From Paraspadella gotoi (lineage: Eukaryota; Animalia; Chaetognatha): 64,000 nucleotides of DNA. Below, one piece after another: positions 15,244 through 28,430 of this stretch. Every line of letters starts with the position of its first letter. Within the stretch, counting starts at the first letter, position 1. The position numbers were made by a program, and so were the translations under genes. The stretch spans positions 8,808,908-8,872,907 of the forward strand of contig CM119263.1 in assembly GCA_051294375.1 (NCBI GenBank), in the 5' to 3' direction. The notes beneath the pieces are model-generated. The model had not been told where the DNA came from and did not search any database. It saw only the letters and a list, made by a program, of their open reading frames with translations.

Positions 15244-16219
15244 CCCCGAAGAAAGAAGATTTCATTATAAAAAATAATAAAAGAAGATTATAATAATGGG
15301 TTTTCCCTCCGAGCTGCTTTTGCTAAGAAGGAATCGTTAAGCTTATGTTTCCGTCCAGGTATGAATGTTCCGCTTTCTTGTCTAAAACTTTCGCGAGGAA
15401 AAAAAAAACGGCGTAACGAGCAGGTGTGGAGGGCTTGGTGGACGGCGGCGGGCTTGAAGACAGCGGTGGGTAGGGTGTCGGCGGTTGGGTGTGAAGAAGC
15501 GGTTTGGCGCGGGGAGATTGTCGGGCGGGCGGGGTCCCGCGGCGGCGGGCTTGTCGGCCCCGGGCATAGCGGGGTACATTTGTACTTACATTAGAACCTT
15601 TGTTCCCACCCGGTAAATAAAGACATGCCACTTACTCACTTACTTACTTACTCACCCCGAAGAATGGAATCAACCTTTGATTTCCTTTTGTTCTTGATGA
15701 GAAGGGATTCCAGTTTCAACCCGGGAGGAGAAAATAATTAACTCTGTCACAAATGGAGGAACATTTCTCAGACAAACCGAGTTTTCTTTTTCTTTTCTTT
15801 TTCCTACCCTACTTCTGATTTTTTTTTCTTTTTAAATGATAATATCGTTTTATTTTCTTATCTGTTTTACTCTGTCTTTCCATTTTAAGTAATTTTAAAA
15901 TTTTGTAAAACTTTGCCTGTTCGCTACAAAAGAAGTTAAAATTGGTAAATAATGTACTGATATATTTAAACTCAGTAAACAATGTAAATAAAACAAAAAT
16001 ATTGAACAAAAATCTACCATTGGGAGTAAACCCACCCCAAGAAAGAGAGAGGGAGAGAGAGAGAGAGAATAATAATAATAATAATAATAATAATATATAA
16101 AATTATAATTAATAATAATAATAATATAATAATAATAGTCAAACTTTCACACGGGCAGACGCTTACATGATTCGATGAGAAGAGGAGAAGAGAGAGAGAG
16201 ACGAGAGAGAGAGAAGAGA

Positions 16220-16257
<38 letters not shown>

Positions 16258-16759
16258 AACGAGAGATTATAACGACTTTGAGTATCACAATTATTTTTCT
16301 TTGCGATCTCCAGTGACGAATAAAAAGTCAGACCCGCACTTTCGTCGACTTCTTCTTAAATCCTTTTAGTCTTGAATTTCTTTTTCTCACGGATCACTTG
16401 ACTACGATTGACCTTTCAAACTCTTTTACCGGCTTCACGATCTTGGTGACCATGACCTTGATAGTGACCGAGAAGATGAATAAACCCGATGAATAAACCT
16501 GTAAAAGTTTCAAATCGTTAAACTGTTAAACAGTTAAATCGTTTACTTTCATTTCTACCTGATTTAATCTTTGCACTATATTACACTTTTTTTTAATAGG
16601 TTTATATATCTCAATTTAATTGGTACAACTAAGGGGCTTATAATTTTTTTAAAAGCTTTCCCTTCTGCGTTCCTATATGTTTCCGATTCACTCTGGATAC
16701 GATTTGCTTTCGCCTGTATCGTTTGTTTTGTTTAATGATCACTTATGGCAACGGAGGGA

Positions 16760-16933
16760 CATGTGTGATGCCTGGGGTGTGAGGCATCTCCCGACAGATG
16801 GCGCTCAGGGCTTTGGACCTCCAGTGACCACCCCATGTCACTGGCGTGTTTATGCCGACACCATCACACTTAAATCAGGAACCTGGAACTCAGGGTTGGT
16901 GAACGAGTACTAAGCTGTCCAAGCCAATGGGAC
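16760..16933 (-). mobile_element. Second copy of the SINE-like family, about 165 bp upstream of the SLC22-like ATG
   Basis: The reverse complement reads CATTGGCTTGGACAGCTTAGTACTCGTTCACCAACCCTGAGTTCCAGGTTC, matching 12741-12791. Confidence 0.5.
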
Positions 16934-17097
16934 AAGCTGGGTTTCACCAAGCTATACGGGAGGCGAATTTAGGATTCGCCACACACTGATGAATTTTATT
17001 TAATTTTTGCAAGTTACAAGATTACTTGTTTTTTCAGAATTTTAAATTCTTTCTAATTCTATTTTTTTCTATCTACCGAGTAGACCCCCTCAGCGAC

Positions 17098-20000
17098 ATG
17101 GGCGCCAAAGAGTTGGACGACCTGTACATCTCCCTCGGGGTCTGCGGCTGGTTCCCCCTCGGCATCTGGGTCCTCAACATGCTCGCCAACTCCTGCACCT
17201 GCTTGCTGTATCTCGGCAACGCGCTTGCCACGCACCAACCGCGTTTCTGGTGCTCCGACCTTCGCGTCTACCGAAATAACGTCTCTGAAGACCCTCTTGA
17301 TGGCATCAAGGACGGAGACTCTTTCCCAGAGAGGCTCGTCAACTTAAGCAGAGCGGATATTTGCTTCATAGGATGTCCCGGTTCCAACTGGAGCTTCGAG
17401 GACCCGAAGGAGCATTCGATGGCTTCCGAGTGGGGCCTCGTCTGCGACCGGGAATATCTGCTCAACATGACCGAAACTTTCTTCTACGTAGGTAACTTGT
17501 TGGCCTGTCTCTTCTGCGGATATTTGAGCGACAAGTTCGGGCGGCGTCGTATCGTCATGGCGTCGGCGGCGCTCAATCTCGTCGCTGGAATGCAGGCGGC
17601 GTGGATCGACGACGTTCGTCTTTATATCGCCATAAGGTGTCGTTGTTTTTGTTGATTTTTGTGATTGTTTTGTTTGTAGTTTAAATCAGCGATACTCGAG
17701 CTTCGACATAATTTGATATATAATTTAATATTTCGTTTTATAACATTAATTTTAAGCATAATATTTAAAATTAAATAACTTCGACGTGATCGCGACCTTT
17801 TGTCTTTTCGATTTTTGCTCGACTTGAGCTTGATACAAATTTGATATTCAATTTTATAATTTTAATATTAAGCTAAATAATTCACCAATGAAAAAGAAAG
17901 GTAAACTAACAAGAACAACAAGAATAATATTTAAAATTAAATAACTTCGACGTGCTTGGGACCTTTTGTCTTTTAGATTTTTTCTCGGCTTGAGCTACGT
18001 CGGACTTTTCACTGTAGAAACTTACAAGGTGAGTTTGATTGGTGAGAGTTGTGAGATCTCGAGGGAATCGGGGGGGGGGCAAGAGTTTCTTATTAACTTT
18101 CACGAGAAAAACAACGTTTAAAGTTATTTTGATTTCGTAAAATCAAGATTCTTGATTCAATAACCTTTCTTCATTACATTTTTTTCTCTTTTTCTCTTCA
18201 AAAAAAAGAGCGAAACGTTTTCGTCCAAACACCGAATGATGGCGCTGGTTTTGGATCCAACGTGGACTATCGCCGGCGCCGCCGTCCCTTGGTTATCGTG
18301 AGTCTCACTTGATACGTCACGTGACCGTTAATTTGACATCTAATCTCACAGGCGCTCATCTCACCAGGTACGCCCTGCCGAGCTGGAGATCCTTGGTCCT
18401 GATCCTCTACGGAATCAATCTCTTGGTTCTTCCAGCCACTTGGATCATTCCCGAGACGCCGCCCTGGCTCATCAAAAGAGGGCGCGCGGACGAAGCGCTG
18501 GAGGTGATGCGTCGCGCGGCCAAAGCTCGAGGAAAGGAGTTGGAAGATGAAGAGTGGGCGAGGTTGGCTTTAGTCGTTGTTGTCGTTGTTAACTTTCTTC
18601 TGTTGACCAAAATTTTATAAATTTTTTATTCATAATTAAATACGTAAATAACCTTCTTTATTGCAGAGTGGTCAAAGACGATTGCGTCGACGATGACGAC
18701 GACGAATCAGCGTCCGACTTTTCCCGCCATATTCGTTCTCCCTTGATCGTCGGCAGCCTCTTCGTGGCCGGTCTCTCCTGGACCGTACGCAACCTGACCG
18801 CCATGGGTATCACTTTCACGTACGGGACTTTGTCGGGAAATCGATACCTCAACTTTTCTCTGCTCCAGTTGGGATTCCTACCGGGAACTCTGATCGGCTT
18901 CCTCTCCTGCCGCTTCCTCTACCGGCGTCCGACCATGTTCTTCGGCTGCTCCATCGTCGCCGCCGGATTTCTCGGCGTCGCTTGCGTCCGCGGCGTCGTC
19001 GGCGACGTCGACGCCGTGGCGCCGGTTTTTCGGCGCGTCGTCAATATCTGTATCGCTGTCGTGAACGAGGCCGTCAATAGGACGTTCCTGCTTTGGCTGC
19101 AGGTGAGAGCGAGGAGAGAAGTTGGATGTAAAGCAAGGAGCTAAATATTACTAACTTATTTACTAACGATTGAATTAGTTAATCGGATGGGACATTTGAT
19201 ATCATCGATCTCCTCTTTCACCATTTTCTTTTTTCGCTCTTAGACTCTTCTAATATGTTTTCTTCACACTTTTCAATTAAAACTCTCTTCTCTTCTCTTC
19301 TTTTCTCTTTTCTTCTCTTCTCCTCTCTTTTCTTCTCTTTTCTTCTCTTTTCTTTTCTTCTCTTCTCTTCTTTTTTCTTCTCTTCTCTTCTCTTCTCTTC
19401 TCTTCTCTTCTCTTCTCTTCTCTTCTCTTCTCTTCTTTTTTCTTCTCTTCTCTTCTCTTTTCTTCCCTTATATTCTTTTCTCTTTCTTTACTCTTTTCTT
19501 CTCTCTTTCTTTTTTCTTTTCTTCTCATTCTCTTTTCTTTCTTTTCTCTTTCCTTATCTTCTTTTCTCTTTTCTTCTCTCTTTCTTTTCTCTTTTCTTCT
19601 CTTTCTCTTCTCTTTCCTTTCTCTTCTTTTTCTTTTCTCTTCTCTTCTCTTCTCCTCTTTTTTCTTCTCTTTCTTTTCTCTTTCTTTTCTCTTCTCTTCT
19701 CTTCTCTTCTCTTCTCCTTCTCTCTCTTCTTTCTCTTCTCTTCTTCTCTTTACTTCTCTTCTCTTCTCTTTTCTTTCTCTTTCTTTTCTCTTTTCTTCTC
19801 TTTCTCTTCTCTTTCTTTTCTCTTCTCTTTCCTTTCTCTCGTCTTCTCTTTTTCTTCTCTTTCTCCCCTCTTTTCATTTTTTACTATTCTCAATTTTCCT
19901 TCCCCTTCCTCCACATCTTCTTTACCCTCCCTTCTTTTCCCCAGGAGGCGTTCCCCACCCTGATTCGCGCTCGCTCCTTCTTCATCGCGATGCTGATTGG

Positions 20001-20872
20001 TCGCTTCGCCGCCATCGCCGCCAGCTACTTGCCCTACTTTCAGACGAGGACGCCGCTGGCGGTGGAATTGACGCAGGGCGGTCTTAATCTGGTTTTGGGG
20101 GTGACTTTGGCGCTGATTCCGGAGACCCAGGTTGGACGCAATAGCCAGCCAATCGGAACGCGTAAAAAATTTGTTAATTACAGAAATTTGAGAATTTATA
20201 TGAAACTATCATCGCCGGAAATGGACCAGTAGATTGATATGATAGACCAAATGGTTTGATTCTCTTGGCTTTTCCGTCTTTTCTTCTGATTGACCAATCA
20301 GAGAGGAGGCTTCCCTCAGGAAACCGACGGCAGGGAAAGAGGAGAGGGAACTTGATCACTCTACAACTTACCTTCAAGAAATCGATATCAAATTCTATTT
20401 CAACATCAAATCTATTTCAACATCAAATTCTATTTCAACATCAAATCTATTTCAACATCACATTCTATTTCAACGTTACATTCTATTTCTAAACCACGCC
20501 TACTTCCTTCGTTGCTATAATCGATTTATATATATTAATTACTATGTAAAAGTATATGAAAGTGTAAAAGTATTTTTTGACCAAGGACCAAGTTCTAGCG
20601 GATGCGATGGCGTTAGAAAAAGAAATTAATTAACTTTTTAATTGAATGCCACTCTTCAATCCTTTTTACAATACTAATTTTTTTTAATTGTCCTTCTTCC
20701 GTCCCAGGGTCGGCCCATCCCACAAACGTTCAGGGACATGCGACGTCTCATGGCTGAGACGAAGAGCGCCCCCTTTAGAATATTGTACCGGACGCGGAAG
20801 GCGTCGCCTGGGGGCGTGGACAGCGATGACGACCGTCGTCGGCGTCGAGATGAAGCCGAAAAAGAATTGTGA
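17098..20872 (+). CDS. SLC22 family (organic cation/anion transporter-like) MFS transporter, 7 coding exons, 553 aa
   Basis: Exons 17098-17636, 17977-18028, 18209-18297, 18368-18562, 18667-19102, 19945-20130 and 20708-20872. All introns are GT-AG and phase-compatible (1662 nt in total). Motifs: SEWGLVCDR, GYLSDKFGRR, IRFFLG, PETPPWL, EAFPTLIR, IPETQGRPIPQT. Codons are GC3-rich. Confidence 0.93.
19281..19944 (+). repeat. ~660 bp almost pure pyrimidine (TTCTC-type) tract in SLC22 intron 5, ending at the acceptor
   Basis: Degenerate (TTCTC)n with very few purines, ending CCCCAG at 19944. Confidence 0.9.
20389..20490. repeat. Minisatellite with an 18-19 bp unit (AATTCTATTTCAACATCA), about 5-6 copies, in SLC22 intron 6
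   Basis: Tandem units read directly from the sequence. Confidence 0.85.
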
Positions 20873-22654
20873 CTCCGGATGAAAAAAAATATTTGGATGT
20901 TTTTAAAAGAAAAAAAATTTTAAAAAATAAAAATTTAAATCCGTTTGTATGACTTAAAAGTCAGGGACAAGATAGCTTATTTATTAAATGAATGGATAAT
21001 TTTTATATTGGTTGTACCAATTTCTTAAAAGTTAATATCATTTTGAACTTGGTTACTAATTTCCATTTACGTACTTTGCGCAATAACGCAGGTTATGATG
21101 ATTTATCACAGGACGAATTTATACCGTTAAGTATCATCATTACGCATTGTGTCAGCTCCGTGGTTATTCCACCTTAACGACTCTCGTCAAAACTGCATTT
21201 CTTTCCCCCATAAGAAAACCTTTCCGACGGAAGCAGGATATTACTATTCCTAGGTACTATTATTAGATGACAGTTTTTTAGCATAATGCGTTTTTTTTTC
21301 TATCGGCCGAAGGGTAAAGAGAGAGAGAGAGAGAAAGAGGGAGAGAAGGAGAGATTAAAAAGAAAGAAAAAGAGTCGGCTCAACGTTATTTGAAGAAAAA
21401 CAATCCATAATCTCCACTTTTATAGTTTTTTTTTAGTCTTCGAGTGAAAGAATCGCTAATGACAACAAATACTTTCAACCACGACGACGACGATGACGAC
21501 GAACACGACGACGACGATGGCTGGGAATACAATTAAGTTTTCATTGCGCCAGTCGTGACACGGTAGCTCATTGAGTAATACCATCAGCTCATGACCAGGT
21601 ACCGGTATCGCTCCCCAATGGTACTACCTTCCCTGAGGGACGTGACAGGACCTCCTTGTGGCCCAGGACAAACCTCAAGCCCAGGACCCGTAGTTGTGGA
21701 TGACAGTTGTTGTTGATAGCATTATTCAGCCCACCTACCGCCTTATCCACAGATAAGCAACATCCGACGGTTAATATCAGGCCAAAGCAACATTAGCAAG
21801 CCATGAAAACAATAATCATATGAAAGACGTCGTTAACGATTGAGAAGAATATGATGACTAAACCAGCAAGCAGCAAGGATGAAGAATGTCGTCAAAAACA
21901 TTCTCAGGGAGAAAGAGAGAGAGAGGAAGAGAGAGAGAATGAAAGACTCATAGATTTATGGCGACGCGAGTTTTTTTTTTTTTTTTTTTTTTTTTTAAGA
22001 GGAGACGGACTCAAATATGCAAATCAGTCGAGAGTCATAAAAGTAAAGAGTGGTCGCAAAAAAAAGTCATGAAGTATTTTCTCGAAGGCAGAGGAATTGC
22101 CTCGGGTTCCTCTTCTTCCGAGAATGGTTTCGTAACGCGGTGCTTAGGGAAAAAATGGGTTTCGCACCCTGACAGTTTTTTTTTGGCGGGAACTATTTCT
22201 TCGGTTTTTTTTTGTGGACGTTCACCCACTTATCGGTCGCCTAACGATCGTTACACCTCCAAAAATAAACGACAATCTCAACAATAATTTCTTTTTTCTC
22301 GCAATCTTTGTCTCTGTACGGACATCTGTACGGACACCTGTACGAACATCTGTAAAGCTCCATTAAGTTTAAATCCTTAGCTCGTTCTCTCCATCTCTTT
22401 ACTCCCGCTACTCTTTACATCATCTCCCAGACGTCTCGACTCGGTTAAGCGAAAGAAACCAAGAGAGTCTGTCTCCGAGGACGTTGTGGTCGTCGTCGTC
22501 GGCGTCGTCGGCGTCGTCCACGCTGTCGTCGTTGTTGCGGTTCTTAACGTCGTCGTCGTCGTTCCCGGAAAGTGCAAGCGATGATGTGGATAAAGCATAA
22601 CAGAGAAAATACTGTCTTCGGCTTATCATTCCTTACCAGTTCATTGGGTAAAGA

Positions 22655-22710
<56 letters not shown>

Positions 22711-23482
22711 GGGTGTGGGTGAGAGGCCGAAGATAAACGAGCGATACATTGGGGGAGAAAGAAACTTCGCGGAAGAAAAGAAAGAGAAATAAAAGAAAAG
22801 AAAGAAAAAGAAAACACCAACTGGGAGGAAAGAGAGAAATCAGGTAAGAGACAAATGATCAGGTACAAAGCGGAGACAAAAAACTCATTGCACCGTAAGT
22901 TTTGTGGGATGATTTCATTTTCAGTATTACTGTCACGTAAGTTATGAACTTTATTTTGAAAAGTCGTGCCCTTCCCGCGATTCGTCGCTGCGCGGGTGAC
23001 GAAAAGGAAAAAAAAAACTTTTTCAATAATTTTGTTTTATCGAAAAATGGCGCGAGCTGTTTGTTGCGTGCTAATGGCTCTGTCGCATGCAATTTGACTT
23101 TTTTGTGTTGCCTGCGCACACAAAATGTGTGAAAACTGACACGCTCCACGGAAACTCACGTGACACTGACGCCATTTTTGACACGCTTCGATTCAATTTA
23201 GGAAGATTAGAGTTCAATTTATTTTTATTTTTTTGCAGTTACAACCTTATTATTATTTTTTTAGTAATTTAGTGAAATGCTTTCATACGAAAAGTCGATT
23301 ATTTTTTAAGATAATTAGATACAAGTAAAAATGAACTTTAGCTTGCAACGCACCCTGTCCTGCCCGTTGCTAAGGTCTCCCACCGAATTTCAACGCACGT
23401 GCCGACGTCACGAATAATTTGAGAATTTATGAAGTATTATCTAGCCTCTAGGAAAAAAAAATCGTTTAAACGGGCGGAAGGA

Positions 23483-23518
<36 letters not shown>

Positions 23519-23674
23519 GAGAGAGGAGAGAGAGAGAGAGAGAGAGGAGAAGAGAGATGCTCTTTATTTTTATCATCCGTGAGAAAAAAATCAGTATAGA
23601 ATCCAGATGAAGTTTGGTGCTGACTTCTTGACCTTTTACCCGTCGTTTTTTTCATGGCGTGTGTGTGTTTGGTG

Positions 23675-23798
<124 letters not shown>

Positions 23799-25412
23799 CA
23801 TTGAATTTCAGATGGGAACGGAGGCGTGTTTCGACTATTGGTTTTTCACTCCGTCGTCTTTTATGATGCAGATGCTTCTGTCTTTTGTCTTTTGTCTTTT
23901 CGCTTTTCATTCTTTTCTAGTTTTTCTCCGTTTGGTTCTTTTGTTTTTCGATCGTTTTCGAACATTGGAAAACGAACGAGAGAATAATCCTCCGTTTGTA
24001 ATGTTTAAAAATATTTGGGCTTTTGTTTGCAATGAAAATGAAAATGGCAAAAAGTTATCCACCTTCTGATTAGCTTAAAGTGCGTACATATGCTAATTAA
24101 AAAAAGAAAAGAAAAAAGAAATATTGTTTTACGAAACAAATTATTCGTCGGCCATCCAGAGATTTATACATATGTATATATCTATTTTTATATACCGTTC
24201 TTAAACAATCGAAATCAATAAAGAATTACTTGTTACTTGTCAAGGCCAATAATGTACTAGTTTGTAATGGTTCAAGTTTGAGAGTTTTTTTTTTCTTTTT
24301 TTTTCAACCTCTCGCCCCTCGAAATTTCAAAAGCTAAGAAAAAAAATGAAATTCAAAAAGAAGTCTAATGGTTCGTTTTATCGGTTTCCGCGTCTTGAGT
24401 CTAAAACGAGTTCCAACGACGAGACTTCATTTTTTCCGTTTTTCAAAATTGAACGAAAAAAAAAACCCTTTTGTCGATTTTTTTTCGAAGTCACTCAAGA
24501 TTCTGTCGTTATTTTTTGGGGGAAAAATCATATTTTTTTAAATGTAAAAATCCTAAATGAATTCAGAAAAAAACACTTGTGTTATTTGTAGCTTATTAGG
24601 AGTCTACGTCGCTCTTAGAAGTTAAGGAATATTTTTTCAATGGAGATTTTCTTTCGAATCTGACTACCAAACTTTATAAACGCCCTTGGGAAAAATTCCG
24701 GTAAAAAATAGATGAAAAAACGCTCGACTCCGATAGCGTTGCATCTGAAGAGCTCACATTTTTTTTACTCTTGTCAAATAACCAACATTTTGATAGCAAA
24801 CGAGCAACGACAAATGGACTACTCCTTGACGGAAAAAAATTTCATCTATGATTTTATATAGAAATTAAAAATATTTTTTTCTCTTCAAAATAATATAAAC
24901 GTGATTGAGGTTTGTTCCGGTTCAACAAATTCAAATTCAAATTCAGGAATCCTCTGGCTAAGTGTCTGAAGGGCTCGCAAATTTTTTTTTACATTTTATT
25001 TAGTTTTTTTTTATATGATAGGATCAGGATAAAGTGAATTAGTCCACTTTGATGAAATTTTTATTTTTATTTTTATTTTCCAAAGATTTTTAATAAAATT
25101 TTTTTCTATATTCATGGTCGGATTTATTTGAAAATAAACATTGGTCGGTATAAGAATATATTAAAGAACTTAAGGCTTTTTTCGTCAGAGTTTAGTCCAA
25201 AGCTTATAAAAAATAGTGTTTGATCGATGATGATGATTAAAATTATAATTATAATTATAATTCATTATAATTTATTATAATTTATTATAATTCATTATAA
25301 TTTGTTATAAATTATTATAATTATGTAAATAACCAACGAAAACCAAGCAGCGAAAAGTCACGCGTTGAGAGAATGAGCTATCTCTTTCTTCGCGGTGAAG
25401 CGAAACAACTTG

Positions 25413-25535
<123 letters not shown>

Positions 25536-28430
25536 ATGCTCCCAGATAATGGAATCCTTGCGGCGAATTTCCCGAAGATGGATTCTCCTCTTTTTCACTA
25601 GGTTAATCCTTAATTCCGCGTCACAAGGAATTTATTAAAGTCGCTTCTCCTCCATCCTTTTCTCCTTCTTTTTTTTTCTCCTTCCTCCTTCACTTCTTCT
25701 TCCTTCTTTACTTTTTTTTCATTTCCTTCCTCTTCCTTTTTTTATTTCCTCCTTTTTTCTCCTCTCCTTTTTTTCCTTTCGCATTTTCTTGACAGTCCTC
25801 TTTCACTTCTCTTTCTTCATTTTGTTCTCCTTCCTCCTTTTTTTCCTTTTCTTTTCTTCTCCTTTCTCCTTTTGTTTTCTTCCTACCTTCTTTTCTTCTA
25901 TTTCCTCATTTTTTCTTCTTCTTCCTTTTTCTCCTTCCTCTACTTCTACATCTTTTTCTTATTCTTCTTCCTCTCCTTCTGTTTCCCCTCCTTCATCTTC
26001 TTCATAATCGATTGTCTTTTCACCTGCTCAGTTCCCTGCAATTTTCTGGCACCTCAATCAGCCGAGTTTTCATAGTTTTAATCAACGTTTGCTCGACTTT
26101 CACTCAGCCTTCCCGAGAGTAGTGACAAACTACAAATGCGAGAAGAATAGCATAAATTTGAATCGTTTTGATATATTAAAATTCTATTAATACTACAATA
26201 ATGTACCTGACCGAATTCTAGATTATTTTTTTTTTCAAACTACTTTTTTATTCACCCTAACTAACTGGTCCAATTTGCAAAGTCGTAAAAAAAAAAAAAA
26301 TTAACCCGGCGTATTGCATATAAATCCAGCAACCGTTCAGGACGATTATTGAATGGTTATATTAATTCAAGTCATTTATTTTTTCATTACCCGTTCTCTT
26401 ATCTGGAATACTTTTTCATCCTTATATTATATTATATAGATTATATGTATAGCCTTATTTGATTATTAATCATATCATTTTATTTTACTTTTTTTTTCAC
26501 TTCTTTTCAATTCACATCGCACAACACGTTCCGAGACATTAATTTTCATTAACGGAAGAAAAAAATGTTACTTCTTCGCTTGATTTATGTACTTCATGTT
26601 GTCATTGTTTAATGTTTCATATTAAAATAATCGCTTCTATTTTTATCGCTCATTTTGTCTTTCTCTCTTTCTTCTCTTTCTTTCTTTATTCTCTCTGCCT
26701 TCGCGTTCTTCTCTATCCCTATCTGCCCGGCTCGTAAATATCTCGCCTTTCCCCTTTTGTTTACAGTAATTGAATCTAACTTCGCTCCGTGGCGCGTTTT
26801 ATGGCACCTGTGATAAAAAGTGGGTAGGAGAAAAAAAGAAATAAACGACAAAGAAAAAAAGACCCGGGGTGAGAAAGAATTGGGTTAATTCTCCTCCATT
26901 TTTTAATCAGGCACGAACATTTTTGGTAATTTAAAATTAAATAATTGTCGATTAAGAATCTGTTTATTGAATCAAGGCAGTAACATTTTTTAGTTATTTA
27001 AAATTTATAATTATGAAAATTTTTCAAAATTAATGTTTCACTATTTTCTATTTTTATATTTTAATGAAGTTTTACTATTTAATATATATTATTTAATTAT
27101 ATATATATTTGATTTTTTTTAAATTACGTAACTTATATCTAATAAGTCAATTTGGAGGGTGAGGTCAGTATTGTCTTATGGAAGGTTAGATTATAATCTG
27201 TCCTATTTTTATAATAGATATCATACATCATTCCTGTTAGAAAGTCATTAANNNNNNNNNNNNNNNNNNNNNNNNNNNNNNNNNNNNNNNNNNNNNNNNN
27301 NNNNNNNNNNNNNNNNNNNNNNNNNNNNNNNNNNNNNNNNNNNNNNNNNNNNNNNNNNNNNNNNNNNNNNNNNNNNNNNNNNNNNNNNNNNNNNNNNNNN
27401 NNNNNNNNNNNNNNNNNNNNNNNNNNNNNNNNNNNNNNNNNNNNNNNNNNNNNNNNNNNNNNNNNNNNNNNNNNNNNNNNNNNNNNNNNNNNNNNNNNNN
27501 NNNNNNNAACATAATTTTATAATACTTGGATGAAAATTATATTTTTTCTTTATCCTATTTTTTAATTATTTCTTTTTCAAATTTTTTTTTCTTTTATGTT
27601 TATACAATGGAAAGGTCATCATACCCTTCATGGATTTCGGCTTGTTGATATAAAATCTCTTTTTTGAATGAACATTAACATTAACATTTTATTGTTATTT
27701 AAAATTAAATTATAGTAAGAAGCAATGATAGCGCATGTTGGGTTAGGGCGCGGATGAGAGAGCAGCGGAATAGTTAATTTTGAAAAGCGGAAAGCCGTGT
27801 AACGTGTGGCACTGGATAATTCATGGAACGATGCGACAGAAATGCGTGAACCGGGTGTTGGCGGCGCGAGAGAAACATTTGGTGAAGGTGACACGAAACG
27901 TTGGTGCTGTGAAGGGGAGGGGAGGGCTGGGGGATTATTTTTTTGGAAGACCTTAACATTCACGGGGGAATAAAAACGAACGGTAGCGCATTCAGTATTT
28001 CTGGCTTAACCCATGGAAAAATAATGCGGGGTGACCGGTTTTATACACAGAATAAGGCGAAAGGCCAAACCCAAAGCGAGAGGGAAAAAAAAACATTCAA
28101 TTTGCTGCAAAGGAAAAAAAACGGAAGCCTTACGAAGGCCTCGTGAAAGATCATGGGTGACGTGAGGACTGAGGAAGAGTTTTGAAAAAGGATGAAAGAC
28201 GAAAATATTAGGAGAAATCTTTGAAAAAGACAACAAATTATCAGAGAAAAACATTACATAACACCAAAAAAATACCTCTTTCATTGGGACCCAGCCTCGA
28301 AAAACTAGATACATATGTAGATAAAAAAAATTATTTTACAATTTTTTCAATACTTTAGTGTACGTATATTCTTAAAATCCACTCCCAAAAGCTTGAAAAT
28401 TAAAAATTCTTTAGTTGGTTCGAGAATTTC

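Noticed and set aside
19255-19944. N-terminal part of the 325-aa F/S/L-rich ORF
   Set aside because: Translation of the intronic pyrimidine tract. Only 19945-20130 is a real exon.
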